Notes: generated by a model not told the origin, from the sequence alone. A DNA stretch of 32,000 bases from Actinoalloteichus fjordicus (GCF_001941625.1 NZ_CP016076.1:4210249-4242248), one strand, 5' to 3'. Counted from the stretch's first letter, positions 22,301-29,598 are shown. Numbers and translations: made by a program.

Positions 22301-22862
22301 GCGAGGAGCTGCACGCGGTGTCGATCGAGAGGCTGGGGCCCCGGAAGTCGAAGCAGTAGGAGATGCGATTCGACACCATCGTCATCATCGTTCCGGTGGC
22401 CGTGTGGGCCGCCAGCGTGTCGAACGAGAGGTCGGCGAACTGCACGATCTTGTAGTCGAGGGTGAAGGCGCCGACGAACACGCCGACGTCGGTTCCGGCG
22501 AGTTCGCCGGGCTTCTGCCCGCCGTCCTCCAGCGCCTCCCAGGCCACCTCGAGCAGCTTGCGCTGCTGCGGATCCATGTGGTCGGCCTCGCGTGGGCTGA
22601 TGCCGAAGAAGGCCGGGTCGAACTCGTCGAAGCCGTCGATGTAGCCGCCTCTGCCCCCGACCAGGCGGCCGGGTTTGGTCTTGTCCCTGCTGCCGAGCGT
22701 CCCGACGTCATATCTGTCCGCCGGGGTCGGTGTGATGCAGTCTTTCCCGTCGAGCAGGTTCTGCCAGAACGTTCGGTAGTCCGACGCGCTGCCCGGCAGT
22801 CGGCAGCCGATACCGATGATCGCGACCTTGTCGCGGGCGGCAGGATACTGTGATTCCGTCAC
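13359..22862 (-). CDS. ftdB: Iterative hybrid polyketide synthase / nonribosomal peptide synthetase, PTM type (KS-AT-DH-KR-ACP-C-A-T-TE)
   Basis: GTG start at 22862 with GAAGGA 7 nt upstream (about 3167 aa). Approximate domains: KS 21552-22826 (DTACSSS, VEAHGTST, KTNIGHTES); AT 20340-21227 (GHSTGE); DH 19320-20147 (HRIQGNVVFP; HPALLDACFQ); KR 17895-18491 (TGAFGALG, FVLFASVAS, GQTNYAAGNAF); ACP 17415-17618 (LGLDSL); C 16065-17336 (HHIISDAIS); A 14325-15947 (YTSGSTGRPK, YRTGDLARW, PLSPNGKVD); T 14064-14282 (ESGGSSIRL); TE 13395-14012 (GYSLGG, GFGSHAEML). No ER or MT motif seen. Confidence 0.97.
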   Translation of the reverse strand: MTESQYPAARDKVAIIGIGCRLPGSASDYRTFWQNLLDGKDCITPTPADRYDVGTLGSRDKTKPGRLVGGRGGYIDGFDEFDPAFFGISPREADHMDPQQRKLLEVAWEALEDGGQKPGELAGTDVGVFVGAFTLDYKIVQFADLSFDTLAAHTATGTMMTMVSNRISYCFDFRGPSLSIDTACSSSLVAVDLACRSLRRGETNLALAGGTLLHMTPQYTIAETKGGFLSPDGRSRTFDASANGYVRAEGVGVIALKRLDDAVRDGDPIHAVIIGSGVNQDGRTSGITVPNPEAQISLIDRVCAEAGIAPGDLQYVEAHGTSTPVGDPLEANALGQALAIGRKPDSQCYVGSVKTNIGHTESAAGIAGLIKVALSLKHQKIPPHINLDHVNPAIDLAALPYEIPTEVTDWPAHDGPARAGVNAFGFGGTNAHVLLEEAPRPVAEESTHRDPRPGYNILPLTARDPAVLPDLVRGIQRELAGVNGAPASLAAVGGTLAHRRQHLESRLSVVYSSRESLDERLAAFLAGEAHPHVLLDQVWEQKGRRLVWAFTGMGPQWWAMGRLLYESEPVYREAVDRCDREIAALAGWSLVAEMNADEADSHMAETWLAQPANFAVQVGLAALWRSYGVRPDAVVGHSTGEVAAFYEAGVYSLRDAVTVVVHRSRLQQKLVGTGTMLAVSLSEDDAARRIESYGDRVSIAAINSPTAMTLAGDEDALAEIADVLRSEQVFARFLTVRVPYHSARMDLVKDELLSSLAEITPQEAKVPLYLTAREGLAHGTELDASYWWHNVRDSVRFQSAIDRLVDDGHGLFLEIGPHPVLGHSIRECLDARAAEGRALPSIRRNEDEAARIAMSLASLHNLGVDIDWTALHREGPSITLPRYPFKRDRYWVEPKPVEQIRLGRLDHPLLGRRMANVEPTWEARLDVEKLPYLADHRIQGNVVFPAAGYLEMAVQAVRAMTGGAEATIADVELRKALFLPDDEVKTVQLAFSSEDAGFTIATVGAEEQEPSVHACGVLRTGQRRRLNERLDLDAIRARTARRLDSPDCYAGLARLGYEYGPAFQCIEEVWVGADEALARIRPAEVLGDDAAGHHFHPALLDACFQSLLTPQLLDDHGADDPSSTGIRLPLSIDEVRFAPVGDQPLWVHAVVTRREGDELRGDIVVFSDTGVALGRIGGFRAADVEKAATTVGLATIDRWLTEVNWIDAPLPPEAVDDGRDALGAADPVSADWLIFADGGGVADELAELVMTRGGRCHLVRPGLEYAMASDRRESTVEPGSAEQLARLFAELADGGVPSFGTIVHLWNLDLPSLEDTDRSALAAQESLGTYSLIALAQTLSASAADDSPAAGRLHIVTRGTQAVSSDDQVEPLGAPAWGVGRVLWNQELIPYRGKLIDLDAAAGRAADSRLAEARALLREASIVDEDEIALRADGRRTSRLTTAEDLTRPLPLRLRPDGSYLVTGAFGALGRLLCRTLVARGARRLILVGRTRLPARDRWHEVDPDTPAGRGVRLLTELASAGAETILAPLDITDEDGLTSWLAEYRANASSPIRGVFHLAGHVRDTLVPDMDRTIFDAVHDPKVVGAYLLHHHLRDEPLDHFVLFASVASLLTTAGQTNYAAGNAFLDALAHHRRARGLPALSIDWGPWATGMIEELGLIDHYRNSRGMSSLSPDAGMAVLERVIGQDRAQLLVATVVDWPVFLAWYPSPPSLVAELAASATEATADGSSFLDAFRDADEEKRRLLLTEHFTAVVATVLRVKTEQVDPSISLGALGLDSLLAMELRARIHTELKVALPVVALLSSAPISEAVAQLHDGLVELVAAGDDDAAADAVELYDDERAHPLTQNQTALWFLKQLSPDGFAYNIGGAVEVRVELEPELMFQAVRTLIARHPSLRANFTLHEGRPVQQLRDVADIPDDIALFDVVGRDWDDIYQMIIQEYRKPYDLERDPLIRFRLFKRADDRWVIMKAVHHIISDAISTFTFIEELLAVYEGLREGRSVELAPPSASYLDFLNWQNRFLAGRDAQRMLDYWQDHLPAEVPILNLPTDRPRPVVQTYNGASEFFALDAELSARVHALAREHDVTVFMVLMSAYYVLLHRYTGQDDVIVGSPVTGRTQKEFSSVYGYFVNPLPLYVDLGGAPSVAALLEQVRATVLNGLDNQEYPFVLLVEKLGLQHDPSRSAVFQAMFILLVHKVATEKYGYRLDYIELPEEEGQFDLTLSVYEEEADQRFHCVFKYNTDLFLSETMRRMASHYVTVLESLTQASASTPISRLDLLGVEERSRILGEFSGVGRVVEHEVPVHELISRQAAEQPDALAVSSPPAAAADAGGEAQPARLTYGELDGRAARLAGRLRALGVGPGSVVALCLEKSPELIVTVLAVLKTGGAYLPLDPDHPTDRLAFMVRNVDAAFAVVDAARRDRLSGLVVQDVLTLEDLHREAETAQPLDPEPVDAASPAYVIYTSGSTGRPKAVQVSHRSLASAYDSWRGEYRLDTDVRVHLQMASFSFDVFTGDLVRALCSGGTLVLVTRELLFDTARLHRTMLAERVDCGEFVPAVVRALMNTCDHEGLRLDFLRLLIVGSDAWKVEEYQRLRDLCGPQTRVVNSYGLSEATIDSAYFEGSADGLEPSQMVPIGRPLPNSTLYILDEHAQPVPVGVPGELWVGGDGVAIGYAGDAEQTARRFVDWAPTPSGLALDPASTNGSGPSNGHVSDTAAVPGAEAMRLYRTGDLARWDAEGRVQLLGRVDGQVKVRGHRIEIGEIESQLADWPQLAEAVVTLRPDARGEQTLCAYCIASPGAELDLRDLRSHLAERLPTFMIPSHFVALTALPLSPNGKVDLAALPAPSGEHDEQEYEPPVTLYEVRMAEHWKSLLGLDQVGLRHDFFESGGSSIRLIELIYHLQAEFGISIPVSQLFTVTTLHGMARTVEHIVTGRLAGARPYLRFNIGQGPRVFCFPPAGGHGLIYRRFAAHLPEHEFVAFNYLAGDDKVTQYADLIEELAPEGPCPLFGYSLGGNLAFDVAKVLESRGRVVPNVVIMDSYRIPEAFELGSERFEAFEQELGEHLRKHTGSEILTQETLEQARDYIRFCSRTPNLGMVGASVSVISDEQKVEFYGAAQRGTWHGTSTTSTSVFRGFGSHAEMLDEDFLAGNAGLTREILTGGGVGGA

Positions 22863-22920
22863 CGTGAAATCCTTCGATCGAGGCACTGCGTCACGAAACA
22901 GGGACCAACGGGTCGGCCGC

Positions 22921-23904
22921 TCAGGCCGAGTCGGTCTTCTTTGGAGATTCAGCCGATGCGGTGGCCGCGTCTGCGGCACTGCCTTCGGCGGCGGATTCCC
23001 GCTGCTTCCGCCAGGGATGCAGCAGGGTGGCGATCAGCGAGGACGTCTTGGGGAAGGAATCCGGATCGTGCAGGCCGACCGCGACCGGCACTCGACCGGG
23101 ATACCAGGTGAAGCTGCCGAACACCCGGTCCCAGACCGACACGTCGGAACTGAAGTGGCCTGCCTCATCCAGATCGATGCTGTGATGCAGCCGGTGTTGC
23201 TCGGGGCTGGCCACCACGTGATTCAGCCAGCCGATTCGAACGTCGATGTTGGCATGCACGAAATAGCCCTGGGCGACGATGAACAGACCGACCAGGAACA
23301 CCGCCGGATGGGAGAATCCCACGAGTGCGAGCCCTAGTTGTACCAGGCCCTGGGTCAGCGCGATGTCCACGACGTGGTTCACGCCGTTGTTGGCGACGTT
23401 GACCTTGTCAGGGACGTGGTGCACGCCGTGCAGGCGCCACAGCCATGGGTGGTTGTGGGAGATGCGGTGCACCCAGTAGCTCACCAACGAGCCCAGGAGC
23501 AGCGCGAACGGAATCTCCAACCAGATCGGCAGGCTCGACTCTGGAACCGCGACGGCACCGACGATGGCGGCGACGGGGAGCTGCGCGAGGCCTGCACCCA
23601 GCATGGTGAGCACCAGGTAGACGCCGTACCACGCCCATTCGCTGCGGCTGGGATGCCAGTCCACCTCGTACGGGATCAGCCGCTCCAGCAACGCGAGCAC
23701 AGCGATCGTGCCGACCAGGAAACCGAAGTTGACCAGGCCGAAATCCCACCCGTTATGCAGCGCCGCCGCACCGGTGAGCACCATTGCGAGGAGCAGCATC
23801 GGATACGTGACATAGCAAAGAAAAGGCCGCGGAGGGGCCGCCTCTGCGGCCGTTTCTCTACTGGTCTTCGAGGCCTGTCTTCCGACGTAGGGACGAATAT
23901 TCAT
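22921..23904 (-). CDS. ftdA: Fatty acid hydroxylase / sterol desaturase family membrane protein (PTM hydroxylase type)
   Basis: MNIRPYVGRQ...; several TM helices with histidine clusters HRISH, HGVHH and HRLHH, then SSDVSVWDRVFGSFTWYPGRVPVAVGLHDP. Immediately upstream of and co-directional with the PKS-NRPS. Start could also be ATG at 23916. Confidence 0.9.
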   Translation of the reverse strand: MNIRPYVGRQASKTSRETAAEAAPPRPFLCYVTYPMLLLAMVLTGAAALHNGWDFGLVNFGFLVGTIAVLALLERLIPYEVDWHPSRSEWAWYGVYLVLTMLGAGLAQLPVAAIVGAVAVPESSLPIWLEIPFALLLGSLVSYWVHRISHNHPWLWRLHGVHHVPDKVNVANNGVNHVVDIALTQGLVQLGLALVGFSHPAVFLVGLFIVAQGYFVHANIDVRIGWLNHVVASPEQHRLHHSIDLDEAGHFSSDVSVWDRVFGSFTWYPGRVPVAVGLHDPDSFPKTSSLIATLLHPWRKQRESAAEGSAADAATASAESPKKTDSA

Positions 23905-25891
23905 GGCATTGTCCATCCACTTCGAGCCACCGGAGAAACCCGGCCAGGCCGGCGCCTGCCAGGACGATTGTGAGCACAACTGGTGCGAACGCGACACGGG
24001 AATCGCCAGCGAGCCGAGACCCACGCTGGACTCGATTCGGGAGCGCAGTAACGACAGTGCACTTCCCACCGTTGGCGCGCAAGACTCTATTCCGGGGAGA
24101 CCCCTATGCAGTACTCACAATCTCAATCCTTGATATTCAGACAGTATTCACCGGCCGGCGGCCGTCGGATCACTCGGACGGCGGACCGGCGGGCGGCCAG
24201 ACAGGATCCGGAGCAGCGGCGTTCCTCGCGTCCGACAACAGTGTGAGACGCGATCACGTGCAGCAGGTCGCACTGCACCATGGACTTCGCCGACTCCAAC
24301 GGGCGCGGATAGCCGTGCCTGTCGGGAAGGTCCGGTCAGGCAGGCACCCGGCGCAGCGAAGCAGGCTGATCGGCTGACGAGTACCCGAACTCGTCAGTCA
24401 CGTCGAACGGCGTGATGCCTCGATCCGTCGCGAACCGGCAACGCCCCCGCCGCGCGCCGTCGGCTGCGGTGGCCGGAGCCGACGGCCAAGCCGAAGGAGC
24501 CGTCATCGTCGACGGCTGGCGTTCCTCCCTCGGGGCGCGATCGTCCCCGCCGATTCCCCCTTGCCGTCGCCGCGAGTCCGACGAACAGCCGAGACGCCGA
24601 GGCCCTCAAGCGCCCATCGTTCGCCGGCCGACGGCGCGGAAGACGGAGCCCCGGAAAACGTCGATCGTCATCCGCCCCGCCTCCAATGCCCCGAACCGAC
24701 TGCCCGCCGACGTCCCCATGACGGGTCTGCCGACGCTCCCCACGGGCCCCCTGGGACATGATTCCCTCCCCACCGGATCATCACCGAAAGTGTTCGAGTA
24801 GATGCTATCGGTAGTGGGAAGCGTTCAGGGATCACCCGATCGGTCATAGGTTCGCGACCGCCCCGCACCGTAGAGCAACAGTGATCGTCACGACGTGACC
24901 GCAATACCGCGCGAGGCGCCGCATCGACGGTGACGACCCTGTCGATCCCGTTCTACACCGTTCACCCGCGACCTCGGCCAGAGCACGACAGCCCTTGGCG
25001 CGGTCGGCGAACCGCCCCCGTCGAACGGGCCCGCGACGACCGGTCGTTCATTCCGCGAATTGATTCCAGCTTTTTCCCTTGTCGCGAATTTCGATTCGAG
25101 AACAGCGAGGTTCTTCGATATTGTCGACGACCGATCCGACCTCATCGAGACCGCAATCGCAGGCCCGCAGTGGAGCGTCCAGCCGGGACGATTGCGCCGG
25201 GCTCGCGCCCGCGCCGGGCCCGGCTGGACGCCCCGCCCGCCATCCGCCGTATTCGGTCGCTCCCGGCGGCCCCCTCGGCAGGCGGATCGCGAGGTCCGGG
25301 ACATCACGGCTGACCTGATCTGCCCCGATGGCTGTCGGCGGCGGTATGTCTGGGGCCGACGGCCCGCAGCCCGAGCCAGCTGCGTACGAGTGCGACACAG
25401 TGCAGCCGTGCCCCGTCGACCGGCCCGACAACCGCTCCGGGCGGTCCGGGCCAACGTCGGCACGGACCGAAATCCGTGAACCTGAAAATGATTACTCGGC
25501 CGCTGTTCAACGATTTTTCCGATCGGCCGCTCGTGACTCATCGACATTTCCTGCGTAGGCCGCGTCCGCCGCCTTCCGCACGGGCGACTCGCCGCATCGA
25601 CCCGACTTGCGCGCCGCTTCCCCGGGGGCCTGAATCCGTCCCGGCCTCGGACCCGACTCCGCCCCGGTTCACCGGTCCGAATCGGACGAGCCGACGCGTC
25701 GAGGAACGGGACATGCCGCGCGGCGGGCGGCCGTGTGCGACGACGCGGACGCGCGGCGATGTCGTGCCATCAGGCGGCCCGCGTTCGCCGCCGGAGTGCC
25801 GCAGGCGTGCGCCGCCCGGCGGCGAACACCCGTCTGCGGCCCGTCCCGTCACCCGAGCGAGGTATCCAAAGTGCCCTGTCGTGTCACCGTG

Positions 25892-26845
25892 TCACCGTGT
25901 CGACCCCGGTTCCGCTCCGACCGATCGATTCGTTCGATCGACGACATGCGCGATGATCGCGCTCGCCAACGGCTGATGCACCGCCGCGGGCAGCGCATGG
26001 CCCATGCCGGGGATCTCCGCGAACCGCGCATCGGGGATCACCTCCGCCAGGTGCCTGCCGTGCGGCGGCGGGCTGATCGGGTCCAGCGGCCCCTGGATCA
26101 CCAGCGTGGGCGTGGTGATCCCCGCCAGTTCCGCGCCCCGTTCGGTGAGCGGCTGCTCGATCAAGCCGTGCGGGTGCACCTCCGGCGGCCGAGTCGGCCC
26201 GACGTGATCGAGCACTCTGGCCTGCGCACGACGAAACGCGACCTCGTCGAACGGCAGCTCCGTACCCGCCAAGGCCTTCCAGTGGTCGACGATCCCGTCC
26301 AGTTCCGCAGCCCGGCCCGGCGCGCCGGGCTGCGGATCGAGCACCGACTCGACGAACCAGCGATGCGGTGTGGGCAGTCCGTCCAGGGTGGGCTCGCCCG
26401 TCAAGGCCCGATCCCAGTTGCCGAAGAAGTCGACCCCCAGCGAGAAGGCGCCGACGAGCGTCATCCCGGCCAGTCGACGTCGGTGGTCCACGGCGAGCAA
26501 CTGCCCGAGGACAGCCCCCATGCCGAAGCCGACGACGTAGGCGGCATCGACGCCCCAGCCGTCGAGAACAGCGACGGCATCGGAGGCCAGGTCGTCGAAG
26601 TCGTAGGGATGCTCGGCGAAGTCGCGGACGGTGGACAGTCCGGTGTCCCGGTGGTCATACCGCAGAACCCGCAGCCCCGCCGAGGTCAACAGCTCGACGA
26701 ACTCGTCCGGCCATTCCAGGCCCGACTGGCAGTCCCCCGCGATCAACAGGATGGTGGGGTGCGCCGGATCGCCCGAGCTGCGAGTCCACAGCTCGACGTC
26801 TCCGGCGGTGACGAACCGGTCGTCTTCCACGACGGCATCGCTCAT
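25892..26845 (-). CDS. Alpha/beta hydrolase, RdmC/esterase-like, with an atypical nucleophile elbow (GFGMG)
   Basis: MSDAVVEDDRFVTAGDVELWTRSSGDPAHPTILLIAGDCQSGLEWPDEFVELLTSAGLRVLRYDHRDTGLSTVRDFAEHPYDFDDLASDAVAVLDGWGVDAAYVVGFGMGAVLGQLLAVDHRRRLAGMTLVG...GPLDPISPP...IPGMGHALP. ATGA overlap with the upstream SDR gene. Confidence 0.88.
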   Translation of the reverse strand: MSDAVVEDDRFVTAGDVELWTRSSGDPAHPTILLIAGDCQSGLEWPDEFVELLTSAGLRVLRYDHRDTGLSTVRDFAEHPYDFDDLASDAVAVLDGWGVDAAYVVGFGMGAVLGQLLAVDHRRRLAGMTLVGAFSLGVDFFGNWDRALTGEPTLDGLPTPHRWFVESVLDPQPGAPGRAAELDGIVDHWKALAGTELPFDEVAFRRAQARVLDHVGPTRPPEVHPHGLIEQPLTERGAELAGITTPTLVIQGPLDPISPPPHGRHLAEVIPDARFAEIPGMGHALPAAVHQPLASAIIAHVVDRTNRSVGAEPGSTR

Positions 26846-27672
26846 CGGAAGTCCTCCGCGTGGTCGATCGCCCACTCTTCGAGGGTGCGGGCGGGTCTGC
26901 CGGTGACCTGCTCGACGGTCGACAGCACCGGCTCGGGCCTGCCCACCCGCTTGGCCCAGAGATCGAGCAGCCACTCGGTCACCTCCTCGGGCAGTTCCTC
27001 GGCCATCGCCTCCCGCCACTGCTCCGGGGTCAGCTCCTCCACCGTCAGCTCCCGGCCGAGAGCCCTGCCGATGGCCTGCACCTGCTCGAATTTGGTCAAC
27101 GACTCCGGTCCGGACAGCGGGTACCTCGCGCCGACGTGGCCGTCGGTGAGCAGGGCCGCCACGGCGACCTCGGCGATGTCGTCCTCATGAACCGGTGCCT
27201 GTGCCACGTCGCCGTAGACGAGCCGCACCACCCCCTCCGCTCGAATGGACTCGGCCCAGTCCCTGGCGTTACCCGCGAACATGCCCGGCCGCACGTGGGT
27301 CCACTCCAGGCCGGACCGCTCCACCGCTCGCTCGACCAGGCGATAGTCCTCGCCGCCCGCCTCATCGGGGTCGTCGGCGGTCGTGCCGGAGAGCACGACG
27401 ATCCGCCGCACCCCCGCCAGCCGAATCCGCTGCACCACCTCGTCCGCCACCGGAGCCGCAGCCGGGAACAGGTACACCCGGTCGGCGCCGACGAACACCT
27501 GATCCAAGGTCTCCGGTCGTTCCAGGTCGCCCGCCACGACCTCGACGCCTGCGGGCAGCGCCGCCGCCTCGGGCTGCCTGGTCACCGCCCGCACCTCGAC
27601 GCCTGCCGCCAACAGCCTCGCGACAACCCGCCTGCCGACGGTCCCGGTCGCACCGGTCACCACGATCCGCAC
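26842..27672 (-). CDS. NAD(P)-binding NmrA-like/atypical SDR protein
   Basis: MRIVVTGATGTVGRRVVARLLAAGVEVRAVTRQPEAAALPAGVEVVAGDLERPETL...VVLSGTTADDPDEAGGEDYRLVERAVERSGLEWTHVRPGMFAGNARDW...YPLSGPESLTKFEQVQAIGRALGR. Confidence 0.92.
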   Translation of the reverse strand: MRIVVTGATGTVGRRVVARLLAAGVEVRAVTRQPEAAALPAGVEVVAGDLERPETLDQVFVGADRVYLFPAAAPVADEVVQRIRLAGVRRIVVLSGTTADDPDEAGGEDYRLVERAVERSGLEWTHVRPGMFAGNARDWAESIRAEGVVRLVYGDVAQAPVHEDDIAEVAVAALLTDGHVGARYPLSGPESLTKFEQVQAIGRALGRELTVEELTPEQWREAMAEELPEEVTEWLLDLWAKRVGRPEPVLSTVEQVTGRPARTLEEWAIDHAEDFR

Positions 27673-27934
27673 GCATACTCCCCTGTCCTGGATTCCTCCG
27701 GAGCGGGCCGAGAACCGATGACCGCGTCACCGTGATCTCCCGCCCCGTCCGGCTCGACCCGCGCGACGCTACGGGCCGGACCGATCCCCGCGCCTATAGA
27801 ACTTTGCTTTCATAAATAGCGTTCTATTCGCTTGACAGCGCCGCGGCCCGGCTCTCTCTGAATACGTGCGGCGAGCTGCCATCGCGGTGGTTACGGGCCG
27901 CGAGAAGTCCGCCGCCGACAATCCGGGAGGACCG

Positions 27935-28060
27935 ATGAGCGCGACTTCCACCGCGCTCTCGACCGCGAGACCGAAGGGCTGGCGAGGGAATGGATATCCG
28001 ACTCCCCCAGCGACTTCGAAAGAAACAAACCGGATGAAGAATGTCGCCCCTACTCCGTAG
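27935..28060 (+). CDS. Possible short peptide ORF (41 aa)
   Basis: GGGAGG 4-5 nt before ATG; MSATSTALSTARPKGWRGNGYPTPPATSKETNRMKNVAPTP. No recognisable family. Confidence 0.25.
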   Translation: MSATSTALSTARPKGWRGNGYPTPPATSKETNRMKNVAPTP

Positions 28061-28151
28061 GATTCGATCATTGCGAACCGAAACCGTCCGCCGCCCCGCC
28101 CCCGTGCAGCAGCCCGGCACCGGGGCGGCGGACCAGGCAGAAGGAGATCAC

Positions 28152-29036
28152 GTGCGAGAACGTCGCAGTTCGAGAATGTCGGTGCTGGCCGTCGGCATTC
28201 TGGCGATGTCCCTGCTGGCAGGGCTGCCTGCCCTGGCAGCGTCGCCCGCCACGGAGGAGGAGCCGATCCTGGAGTGCCACACGTTCGCACGGTTCTACAC
28301 CGCTGATCCGAACGGCGACGTCTACCACAGTGCGCACAGCGACCCGATCGGCGGCGCGACTCGTTGGAATGTCGCCGTGGGGGCGATCGGAAACAGCGTC
28401 GACGGCCGAATGCTCGCCGGCCCGGCGGGCCTGCTCTACGAGATCAAGAGCGACGGACTACTGCAGATGTACCGGCGCGGCGACTCCGGTTGGGAACAGT
28501 GGGAGGACGGCGGTTTTTCGCGCGATTTCCAGACCACCTTGGGCGGCTACACCAGCACGGCCTGGCGAAATCGAATCACCGTCGACTCGACCGGCGACTT
28601 CTACTTCATTCGCGGAAACAATCAGCTGTACCGCGCGACCCTCGATGACGAGACCCGCGAACTGCGGCAGCAATCGATCGACGCCGACTGGAGCCGGTTC
28701 GACCTGATCACCGCCGCCGGGCCGGGCGTGCTCTACGCACGCGAGTCGGACGGAACGCTGTACCGCTACCAGTACGACGCGGCGACGGAGCAGTGGACCG
28801 ACCAGGGCACCTGGATGGCGGACGGCTGGGAGCGGTTCGCCCAGGCGGCCTCGCCCGGCGGTGACGTCCTCTACGCCGTCGACACCGAGAGCGGGCAGTT
28901 GCACTGGCAGCGCTTCCTCCCGTACTCGGATGACACGATCGAGTCGAGGATCGTCTCCCGAAGCACGTGGACGGAGCGCAGTATCGCGATCACGAGCGAC
29001 TCCTGTGCCTGGACGGGGACCTCCGCGACGACATGA
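28152..29036 (+). CDS. Secreted tachylectin-like beta-propeller protein
   Basis: AAGGAG 5 nt before GTG; signal peptide MSVLAVGILAMSLLAGLPALAAS; repeated units such as FARFYTADPNGDVYHSAHSD, GLLYEIKSDGLLQMYRR, DFYFIRGNNQLYRATLDD, GVLYARESDGTLYRYQYDAATEQWTDQG, DVLYAVDTESGQLHWQRF. Confidence 0.75.
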   Translation: MRERRSSRMSVLAVGILAMSLLAGLPALAASPATEEEPILECHTFARFYTADPNGDVYHSAHSDPIGGATRWNVAVGAIGNSVDGRMLAGPAGLLYEIKSDGLLQMYRRGDSGWEQWEDGGFSRDFQTTLGGYTSTAWRNRITVDSTGDFYFIRGNNQLYRATLDDETRELRQQSIDADWSRFDLITAAGPGVLYARESDGTLYRYQYDAATEQWTDQGTWMADGWERFAQAASPGGDVLYAVDTESGQLHWQRFLPYSDDTIESRIVSRSTWTERSIAITSDSCAWTGTSATT

Positions 29037-29598
29037 CCTGACCGACGACGGGTGTCAGCCCGCACCTGATGCGGTCCGCATCTCCTCGCTCGGCTCGGTG
29101 GACTCCGGGCCCGTTCCAGACGGCGCCCGGAGTCGGTCGAGCCGCGCCGGGACAGACGCCCCTGAGTCGGGAGGAGGCAGCCGCCGTCTTCCTCGCCGCG
29201 CCGCCTCGCCGTCGAGGCCGGTCGCGGTTGCCGCAGTCGTCCGGCGCGGAGTGCCTGCCGGTCCGGACGTCTGTGGTGGAAGGACCCGGTTCCTGGTCGG
29301 ATTGACGCGGGGCACGTCCGTCTGGTCCGAGGTGGACGGCGATCTCCCGCACGCACGTCGGCGCTCACGGCGCGGCGGGTCCGAGGCGCTGAAACACTCG
29401 ACCTGCGGAGTTCGTCAGGATCGGCCCGCCCTCTTCGGTCCCGGCGTCTCGGCGGAGTCCAGGACCGGATCAGGCGCTCCGCCGTCTCGGCTCGGACCGA
29501 CGCCCCGAGTCGGGCTCGGCAGCGGACTGATCGACGCCGTATCGGGCCCGTGAGGCGAGCCGCAGGCACCCGTTCGACGGCGGTGACCGCGATCAGCC

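Noticed and set aside
22863-22979. 39-aa N-terminal extension of the PKS-NRPS to ATG at 22979
   Set aside because: A GTG at 22862 with GAAGGA 7 nt upstream gives the typical N-terminus just before the KS; the extension overlaps the upstream gene's 3' end.
24668-24904. Possible small regulator ORFs upstream of the PTM operon
   Set aside because: No helix-turn-helix or other motif; cannot be supported as a cluster regulator.
24090-25850. Several 60-220 aa ORFs on both strands (for example 24888-25547 minus, 25476-25976 plus)
   Set aside because: No consistent codon bias, RBS or family resemblance in any frame; treated as intergenic or decayed DNA.
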